Shown here: in pieces, positions 1-9,153 of the stretch | Numbering within the stretch: the first letter of the stretch is position 1 | Layout: each line of letters starts with the position of its first letter | From: Myxococcota bacterium | GTDB lineage: Bacteria; Myxococcota; XYA12-FULL-58-9; JALHOP01 | Direction of reading: 5' to 3' | DNA length: 12,471 nt | Assembly: GCA_041288095.1 (NCBI GenBank) | Contig: JBGGMJ010000161.1 | Location: 1 to 12,471, forward strand | The notes under the pieces: generated by a model | Database searches by the model: none | What the model was told of the DNA's origin: nothing | The model's input: the letters and a program-made list of their open reading frames with translations, nothing else | Translations under genes and position numbers: made by a program

Positions 1-1
1 C

Positions 2-958
2 GAGACGCGGCTCGCGGCGGCGACGGCGCTCGGGAACATGAAGCGGCGCACGACCCTGACGCTGCCGGCCGGCGACATCCGCAACACGTTCGCGGAAGAG
101 ATCGCCTACTTCGGCCACATGCGCGACGGCAGCTTGTGCGACATGCCGAAGACGCCGGCGGCCGAGCTCTTGCGCCGAGCCTTCAAAGAGCGGGCGCAAG
201 CGAGCCTCGAGACGCTCTTCCGCAGCATGGCGCTCATCTATCCCGACGACGCCATTCAAGGCGCGTATCGCGCCATGACCTCGCGGGTGACTCGCGACCG
301 ACAGATCGCGCTCGAGCTCTTGGACAACATCCTCGATACCGAGACCCGCGACGCCTTGGTCGATGCGGTCGGCGAGCGCGGCGTGAAGCGCATCCGCGAC
401 GCGCGCAAAATTCTCACCGCGGTGGCCCGGTCGAGCGACAAGTTTTCCGGCGGCCTCGCGCGCGTCGTACTGGTCGATATGGGCGCGGCGCCTAAGTCCG
501 CTTTAGGAGACACCATGACGCAGTTGTTGGTGAACCAGGTCCTCGAGCTGCAAGGGGTCACGCTCTTCAGCCACAGCTCCGCCGAGGATCTCGCCGAGGT
601 CGCGACTTTGCTGACGCCGCGCAATGTGGCGGCGAAGACCATCCTCTACTCGCAGGGCGAGCAGCCCGATCTGGTCTATCTGGTGCGCTCCGGCGCGGTC
701 GAGCTGACGCGCGACGGCCGCGTGCTCGACCGCTTGGGACCCGGCGATGCCTGCGGGCTCTTGGCGGTGCTCGATCAACTACCGCGCGAGACCACGGCCA
801 CCACGGTGTCGGATTGCGCGCTGCTCGTGGTCAGCGGTGACGCTTTCGTGCAGCTCCTGGCCGACCGACCGACTCTCATGCACGGAATCTTCCGCGCCTT
901 GACCGGGTCCATTCGTAATCAGCTCGAGCGCACGCAGCTCGAGCGCAAAGCGCGGTGA
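2..958 (+). CDS. 5'-truncated HEAT/ARM-like helical protein with C-terminal cyclic-nucleotide-binding domain (resembles the C-terminus of Npt1/Npt2-type transporter-HEAT-cNMP fusion proteins)
   Basis: Frame is open from the window edge (ETRLAAATALGNMKRR...), so ATG 38 is probably internal. HEAT-like segment 'RQIALELLDNILD'. cNMP fold signature 'LYSQGEQPDLVYLVRSGAVEL...LGPGDACGLLAVLDQLPRETTATT'. No Crp HTH follows. Stop TGA 956-958. Confidence 0.8.
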   Translation, partial: ETRLAAATALGNMKRRTTLTLPAGDIRNTFAEEIAYFGHMRDGSLCDMPKTPAAELLRRAFKERAQASLETLFRSMALIYPDDAIQGAYRAMTSRVTRDRQIALELLDNILDTETRDALVDAVGERGVKRIRDARKILTAVARSSDKFSGGLARVVLVDMGAAPKSALGDTMTQLLVNQVLELQGVTLFSHSSAEDLAEVATLLTPRNVAAKTILYSQGEQPDLVYLVRSGAVELTRDGRVLDRLGPGDACGLLAVLDQLPRETTATTVSDCALLVVSGDAFVQLLADRPTLMHGIFRALTGSIRNQLERTQLERKAR

Positions 959-961
959 CCG

Positions 962-1947
962 TTACCGGCTAGCGCTTCGCCAATCGATGTACGCCTGCAA
1001 CGCGACTTCGCGTGGTTGTTCGAGGGCAAGCTCGACCTCCGTCGCGTAACGCGTGTCGGTCGCGCGCTTGACGGCCGCCACGAAGACCGCGGTGCTCACC
1101 ATGCCACTGTTACGCTGTGCCCATGCGCAAGCGTGCGCGGGCATTGCTGGCTTGCCATCGAGCGTCATGGCGACGAAGAGATCCGCATAGACCGGATCGC
1201 GGGCCGCTCCCATCGGGCGTCGCTCGGCGACCCAGTAGGATGCTCTCGACGCGAGCACCGTATCGCTTGGAGTCGCGCCGAAGCCTTCGCGCGCGATGGC
1301 GTTGCGTTCCTGAATGTACCGCGCTTGCGTCAGCGGATCGCTTGCGTACTTTCCGAGACCAACGACGCGATGCTCTTCGCGCGCCACTCTGCCTGTGTCG
1401 CTCGGCACGCCGTCGTCGGCTTCCACCGTGGTGAAGTCACGCAAGCCAAGCACCGTACCGCGCGCGTGCAACAGCTCGTGCAACAAGACGGAGTGGCTCG
1501 GGTTCGCCAGCTCCCACGGACTCAGACCGGTGGGGTCATCCAGCCAGTCCGCTCGCGCGTACGACACGCCGGGGGTAAAGAAGATGCGTGCCTCGGCGGC
1601 ACCGGGGGCCGAAGGGCTCAGGTTGGTCGCCTGCGGCGACGGAGCATCGTGCCCGTCCATCACGACAGTGGTGCGATATTGGGCCTCGACCAGCTCGCGC
1701 AAGACGACGCGGCCTCGGCGGCGACGACGTGGAAGCACGCGTCGATAGCTTGGCGGACACGAGCCAGGCGCGCGAGCTGCACGGCGCTGTCGGGGGCATC
1801 ACTGCGCGGCCCGACATGCGGGTGCACGCTCGCCGCTAGGGCCTCGGGTCGCGCTGAGTTGAGAGATGGGCTCGCCGACCCGCCCGCGCGCGTCGCGACC
1901 GCGGCGGGTTCACGAGGTGGGCGGCGTACCTTGTCGTCGATCTTCAT
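962..1947 (-). pseudogene. M91 (NleD-like) family HExxH zinc metallopeptidase, split over two frames (1947-~1714 and ~1714-962)
   Basis: 'VLLHELLHARG' (1466-1480), followed by 'REEHRVVGLG', 'LTQARYIQERN' and 'RASY', and preceded by 'GRVVLREL' and 'IFFTPG', resembles the M91 pattern. The catalytic frame is closed upstream by TGA at 1799-1801 and has only a GTG giving 'LPRRRRR'. The overlapping ORF 1660-1947 (MKIDDKVRRPP...) supplies a plausible N-terminus. Confidence 0.6.
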
Positions 1948-1957
1948 GCTGGATGCC

Positions 1958-1980
1958 CCGCGGCCCGAGGGGGACCGCGG
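1958..1980 (-). terminator. GC-rich hairpin downstream of katG, candidate terminator or mRNA stabiliser without U-tract
   Basis: Minus-strand CCGCGGUCC-CCCUC-GGGCCGCGG forms a 9-bp stem with one G-U pair, 22 nt after the katG stop. No poly-U tail. Confidence 0.4.
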
Positions 1981-2002
1981 AGCTCCAAGCTTACAAGTTG
2001 CG

Positions 2003-4722
<2,720 letters not shown>

Positions 4723-4731
4723 GGATCTGCG

Positions 4732-4781
4732 TAAGAATAATACGCAACTAGGAATTACACGCATCCAGCTGGTGAGGTCAA
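4732..4781 (-). promoter_or_regulatory. Putative sigma70 promoter of the fur-katG operon overlapped by tandem 17-bp operator-like repeats
   Basis: Minus strand TTGACC (4781-4776), 16-nt spacer, TGTAAT (4759-4754). AT-rich tandem repeat on the + strand TAAGAATAATACGCAAC (4732-4748) / TAGGAATTACACGCATC (4749-4765), 13/17 identical. Confidence 0.55.
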
Positions 4782-4843
4782 GTCACCTCTCATCGACGCA
4801 CCAACGGCGGCCCGCTGGCCGATATGCAACGAGCGAGGCGAAA

Positions 4844-6049
4844 GTGCTGGGTTCGCGCGTCATTCAGCCGAGTTCGTTCAACGCGACTGAGTCAGCCGAG
4901 ACGCAGGCGACCTTCACGCAGCTGCGCCGCGCCGCGGCCCTGACCGGCTCGCGTTATGTGAAGAGTAGCGAGCCCGAGGCGGCGGCCCGCGGTGGTCTCG
5001 ATGGCTGGGCGGCCGGCCTCGCACGGGCATCGCGGCTTTCGGTGCTCGAGTACACCACCCTGCTCTACGCGGCGCGCAACAGCACGCTCAGTGACGAAAA
5101 GGGTGCGCTCGAGACCCTCAGGCGTGCCTGGACACAGCTCACCTGCCTGCCTGCGCCCACGAACATTCTCGAGCGGCGCTTGCCGATGTACGTCCTCGCC
5201 GCGGCGAGCCGCGATGAGCGCTTGTTTCACGTCGCGGTGTTCCGCAAGGACGACGAGGCGCCGAGCCGCATCCGTGGGCTGCGCGACTTCGTCCCCAGCT
5301 ATCGGCAGCTCGCGATGGCGGCGGGCGTCGCGGGTGCGTGCTTCGTGTTGCCGGCCGTCGGTGCCGCGCTCGCCGGGGCCGCGAGCACGGTGGTGATCTC
5401 GGCGGTCGCCGAACAACTCATGCACGACCTCGTTGGCCACGCCACGCCGGCGACGATGAAGAAGCTGGAGCGCTTCCCGCGCATCCACGCCTACGTCGAA
5501 GGGGCGCGCTACGCCCATGCCGTCGTGCATCACGGCATGACCTTCAAGGACTACGTCAATCAGTTCCGCGACGAAGAGCACCAGGCTCAGGTCGACGCCA
5601 TCATCAAGAAGCACCGCGGTGAGAAGCACTGGGAGTACATCAAGAAGAACGGCTACGGGACGTCGATGGGCCTTCGCGCCGCGATTCAATACGTCGCGCC
5701 GTTGACGCCGTTCCTCGTGGGCGCCGCCGCGCTCTCGGGCTTCAACCCCGCCTTCATGGTCGGCATGCTTCCGGCGTTGATCGCCTACCCCATGTACTCC
5801 GCCGCGGTGCACGACTTCCTGCATAAGCAGATGGAGAAGGTGGAGGTCAGAGGCGGTCCGCTGATGCGGATGTATCTCGCGACAGCCCCAGCGCGACTCA
5901 CCTCACGCCAGCACTGGGATCATCACCGCGGTAGTCACCGCAACATGAACCTCACCCCCAGCGCGATCGGCGATCTCGTGCTGGGCTCGTTCGTGTCTCT
6001 CAGTCTTCCCAAGCTCCTCGAGGTACGGCGTTTGGAGATCGTGCGATGA
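4844..6049 (+). CDS. Fatty acid hydroxylase/sterol desaturase superfamily (His-box di-iron membrane enzyme) with unknown N-terminal domain, paralog A
   Basis: His boxes EQLMHDLVGH (5411-5440), HAVVHH (5516-5533), HDFLH (5810-5824), HWDHH (5912-5926), then 'NMNL...GDLVLGS'. Two hydrophobic hairpins. Start moved from 4721 to GTG 4844, which has GAGG upstream and gives 'LGSRVIQPSS', matching paralog B 'LGLRVLAPGS'. Confidence 0.8.
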   Translation: MLGSRVIQPSSFNATESAETQATFTQLRRAAALTGSRYVKSSEPEAAARGGLDGWAAGLARASRLSVLEYTTLLYAARNSTLSDEKGALETLRRAWTQLTCLPAPTNILERRLPMYVLAAASRDERLFHVAVFRKDDEAPSRIRGLRDFVPSYRQLAMAAGVAGACFVLPAVGAALAGAASTVVISAVAEQLMHDLVGHATPATMKKLERFPRIHAYVEGARYAHAVVHHGMTFKDYVNQFRDEEHQAQVDAIIKKHRGEKHWEYIKKNGYGTSMGLRAAIQYVAPLTPFLVGAAALSGFNPAFMVGMLPALIAYPMYSAAVHDFLHKQMEKVEVRGGPLMRMYLATAPARLTSRQHWDHHRGSHRNMNLTPSAIGDLVLGSFVSLSLPKLLEVRRLEIVR

Positions 6050-7455
6050 TGCTGGGCGGTCTCGGATTGCGGGTGCTCGCGCCTGGGTCGGCGCCACTTG
6101 CCGGCATCGGCTCGACCTTTGGCGCCGCTGTGCCTCGCGAGATCGATGCGCCGCCTGCGGCGTGGGCGCCACGGCAACCCGAGCACCTGCGCGACGCGGT
6201 GGCGACCTCGCCGGCGATGGCCGCGGGCGCGTTGCAGGCCCTTGGCGACGAGCGCGCGTTGGCCGTGCTGCGCGGAGTCGTTCGGGCAACCGGTAACGAG
6301 ATGAAGCCCGAGGTGGCCGCGTGGGCTCGGGCGCTCGCCGGGAAGGCGACGCTGACCGTGCTCGAGCACACCGCCGCGGCGTACATCGCGCGCTCGGGCA
6401 TGTTCGCGGACGAGCCAGGGATTGGCACGACGCTCGACGCAACGGTCCGCAGGAGTTGGCGACAGCTCACCGGCAGTGACGCTGGGGATGCCTATGGTCG
6501 CCTACCCAAGCTGGTTCTACGTCGCGCGAGCCGGCAAGCGCGCGTCTATCATGCAGCGTCGTTTCAGCCGGCGTGTGGACTGCGTCGTCCCGAAGACCTC
6601 CGCGCTCGCCAGGCCGCCTCGAGCCTCTTTCGCGACTACGTGCCCGAGAACAGCGACATCCTCGTGGGCGCGACCGCCCTGCTCGCCATGGCCTTCACGA
6701 CCACAGGCGCACCGCTCGTCGCTTCGGCGCTCTTGTCATATGGCGTCTTTTCCTTGAGCGAGGCCGTGTTGCATCGCTTTGCCGGCCATCAGGACAAGGA
6801 TGGGCTTGCGCACTGGATCAAGCAGCCAATCGCGCCCGGCACTCCCTGGCTCAAACGCAAGCTGCACGCGGTGCTGCACAAGGTCCTCGCCGAGCCGCTG
6901 GAGCGGACACGGGTTTCGCACGGCGTCGTGCACCACTACCTCACCTTCAAGTCGTTCACCCGCATGTTCGACTGCGCGGAGCACAAGGCGCGCGTCGATG
7001 CATTCATCGCCAAGCAGCCGCCAGGGATCGCCAAGAGCATCATGGAAGAGCTCTATGGCTCGACGTTATCGCTGCTCGGCTGCATCCGCGTCCTGCGATC
7101 CGTGGCTCCGCAGACCGCAGCGCTCGTCATCGCGGGCGTCGCGTTTGGGGCGCCACCGATCTGTGCGTTGCCGCTCGCGCTCATCGCGATTTGCTTCCCG
7201 CTGTCGATGGCGCGCGTCCATCCGCAGCAGCATGTCGCCAAGGAAAAGGCAGACGCGGAAGCGGGACCGTTGCTGCGACGCATTCTACCGACGCGCTGGG
7301 CCGCTTGGTCGACGCGCAGTCACGAGCTGCATCACGAGGGCGCCTGCAACTACAACCTGGCGTTCGCTGGGGCCGACTCCCTGCTCGGCACCTACGTGCA
7401 GCCCAACCTCACGGACCTCTTCCGCATGGACGACGAGGGCGTGCGCTACTACTGA
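6046..7455 (+). CDS. Fatty acid hydroxylase/sterol desaturase superfamily protein with unknown N-terminal domain, paralog B
   Basis: His boxes EAVLHRFAGH (6760-6789), HGVVHH (6919-6936), HPQQH (7219-7233), HELHH (7321-7335), then 'NYNLAFAGADSLLGT'. GGAG at 6034-6037 and ATGA overlap with paralog A. Confidence 0.82.
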   Translation: MMLGGLGLRVLAPGSAPLAGIGSTFGAAVPREIDAPPAAWAPRQPEHLRDAVATSPAMAAGALQALGDERALAVLRGVVRATGNEMKPEVAAWARALAGKATLTVLEHTAAAYIARSGMFADEPGIGTTLDATVRRSWRQLTGSDAGDAYGRLPKLVLRRASRQARVYHAASFQPACGLRRPEDLRARQAASSLFRDYVPENSDILVGATALLAMAFTTTGAPLVASALLSYGVFSLSEAVLHRFAGHQDKDGLAHWIKQPIAPGTPWLKRKLHAVLHKVLAEPLERTRVSHGVVHHYLTFKSFTRMFDCAEHKARVDAFIAKQPPGIAKSIMEELYGSTLSLLGCIRVLRSVAPQTAALVIAGVAFGAPPICALPLALIAICFPLSMARVHPQQHVAKEKADAEAGPLLRRILPTRWAAWSTRSHELHHEGACNYNLAFAGADSLLGTYVQPNLTDLFRMDDEGVRYY

Positions 7456-7458
7456 GCG

Positions 7459-8634
7459 CTAAGGCAGCGACGCCTGACGGTTGTCGCGACGCGGACGGTA
7501 ATCGCCGTCCATGACGATGTCGTCGAGCACCTTGATGAGCTGCTGCATCAGCTTCTCGCCCTTCGAGGTCTCGGAGATGCCGACCGCGACGTAGCGACGG
7601 CCGTGATGTTGGATGAGGGCGCTGTCGGAGTGCCAGTGACGCCACGAGCCGCTCTTGCGCGCGAGGAAGGTGACGCCCGGCGTGCCTTCGAGGCCGCCCA
7701 CGAACTTGTGGTGATGCGCCGGCGGCGACATGAGGCCGAGCATGCGGAAGCTCCAGTGCTTGGACACGAGGAGCCCTTCGTCGAGCATGGTGTAGAAACG
7801 CGCCGTCTGGCGGGCGGTCGCGGCGTGCGACAGGTTCTGCAGCGGGTCACGATTGGTGCCGCCGCGCGGGCCGTACTGGCGGCCAACCCAGAGACCGCCG
7901 CTCTTGTTGTCGTAGAAGCAGTACTCGGGGTCGCGCATGGTCGACTCGATGCCTTCGAGGCCGGCCATCTCGGCGCCCCACGAAGCGTCGGTGTTGCTCG
8001 AAGCGCGGATCATGTTCGAGAGACGCTCTTCGTACTCGTGCGTCCACTCCAGCTTGCCTTCGTTCACGGCCTTGATGACCGAGACGAGGATGGCGATCTT
8101 CGGCAGCGACGCCGCGTACATCATGTCGTTGTCGTTGATGCCGGCATAGAAGGCGCGGCCCTGGACCGAGAGGTCGACGAGCGCGACACCGAGCTGCTTC
8201 TTGTCGAGGTAGCGGCCAAGGCCGGAGGCGCGCAGGCGGCGCTCGAGGACGCGCTGCATGCGCGTGTACTTCTTGGTGAACGGGAACGGAGCACGGCACT
8301 CGCCGGAGGCTTCGGGCTGCACCACGGTGACGCCGGCTGGATTTGGCGCGACCGCGTCGGCCGGGGGCACGGTGACGACCTTCTCGGCTTCGGCCGAGGG
8401 CACCACGACGCTCGGCACTTGACCGGCTGCCGCGGCGGCGGCGCTGCCGGCGGTGTCTGTTTTGGCGGACTCGGGAGTCGGGGTCTCGACCTGCTTGGTG
8501 ACCGTGGGCTTGGTCTTGCGTGAGCTGTGGCGCGAATTGCGCGCGCCATAGCCGACCGCCGGCACCGTCAAGGTGACCATGACCGCTATCGCGATCAACC
8601 GGAGGTCGATGCCCTTACTCACGCTAACCCTCAT
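7459..8634 (-). CDS. Exported serine hydrolase, class A beta-lactamase-like / PBP fold
   Basis: SxxK 'YAASLPK', SxN 'ASSNTDA', KSG 'ARKSGSW'. N-terminal hydrophobic stretch 'LIAIAVMVTLTVPAVGYG' followed by a long Pro/Ala/Thr/Val linker. Confidence 0.88.
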   Translation of the reverse strand: MRVSVSKGIDLRLIAIAVMVTLTVPAVGYGARNSRHSSRKTKPTVTKQVETPTPESAKTDTAGSAAAAAAGQVPSVVVPSAEAEKVVTVPPADAVAPNPAGVTVVQPEASGECRAPFPFTKKYTRMQRVLERRLRASGLGRYLDKKQLGVALVDLSVQGRAFYAGINDNDMMYAASLPKIAILVSVIKAVNEGKLEWTHEYEERLSNMIRASSNTDASWGAEMAGLEGIESTMRDPEYCFYDNKSGGLWVGRQYGPRGGTNRDPLQNLSHAATARQTARFYTMLDEGLLVSKHWSFRMLGLMSPPAHHHKFVGGLEGTPGVTFLARKSGSWRHWHSDSALIQHHGRRYVAVGISETSKGEKLMQQLIKVLDDIVMDGDYRPRRDNRQASLP

Positions 8635-8873
8635 GGATTGGCCGCCGCGCTCGCCATGACATGATTATCACGACCTAAATAGGTGTGCGAGTTAACGCAC
8701 TGGTGGGCGCCGCACTTCCCGAGGCGGTTGTAGGCGCTTGTGATCCGCTGGCAGCGCCGGGCGCCGTGGTCGCTGTCTGCTTTAGCGGACGCGCATCGAA
8801 GCGCTAGATATCGCCCCTGCACTGAACGTCCGTGTAGCTTTTTCGATTCACAGCGAAGCATGGCTCTTCTCTA

Positions 8874-9044
8874 CTTACGTAGTTGCTCGCACCCTTGGTG
8901 AAGAACAGACGTAAAGCTCGATGTTCCTTTTGTCTGCGTCACGTATCGGCCGATCGATGACCGCGTCCGCTGCTTCTGTGCGAGGCTTTTTGCCCCACAA
9001 CGCGTGGAGGTCTCGAAAGAGGAAGGGTGCGAGTAGTACGCGAG
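8874..9044 (+). ncRNA. Candidate structured RNA or inverted-repeat element of unknown class
   Basis: Perfect 11-bp inverted repeat CTCGCACCCTT (8886-8896) / AAGGGTGCGAG (9023-9033), extended by G-U pairs, enclosing several hairpins including CUC-GAAA-GAG (9012-9021). Strand inferred from the G-U pairs and the GNRA loop. Confidence 0.4.
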
Positions 9045-9106
9045 CGCTGGGATGGCAACCCTTCAAGGACTTTTGAACATCCCCGACTGGCACCGCCCTA
9101 GTTCAA

Positions 9107-9131
9107 CGATTCTCGAACTACCGAAGAATCG
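9107..9131 (-). terminator. Hairpin downstream of the dikinase-like gene
   Basis: CGATTCT...AGAATCG inverted repeat starting 22 nt after the stop at 9154. Only UU follows, so weak as an intrinsic terminator. Confidence 0.3.
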
Positions 9132-9153
9132 ACCAGGAACCTTCTCGGATCGT

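Noticed and set aside
4732..4765. CRISPR-like repeat
   Set aside because: Only two adjacent imperfect 17-bp units, no spacers and no cas genes.
4892..8523. ORFs 4892-5824 (-), 6573-7514 (+), 6779-7462 (+), 7603-8523 (+)
   Set aside because: Shadow frames of motif-supported genes.
8874..9044. Retron msr-msd, c-di-GMP-I riboswitch, SRP RNA or RNase P identity for the structured element
   Set aside because: No reverse transcriptase in the window, and only short isolated word matches (GGCAAA, AAGCAGC, AAGGGTGCG) without the required spacing or flanking consensus.
8631..9093. Short ORFs 8631-8861 and 8875-9093 (-)
   Set aside because: No convincing RBS, atypical codon choice, no motifs. Cannot be fully excluded without ribosome profiling.
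9088..9102. Sigma54 promoter-like TGGCAC
   Set aside because: The -12 position reads TAGT rather than TTGC, and there is no + strand gene downstream.
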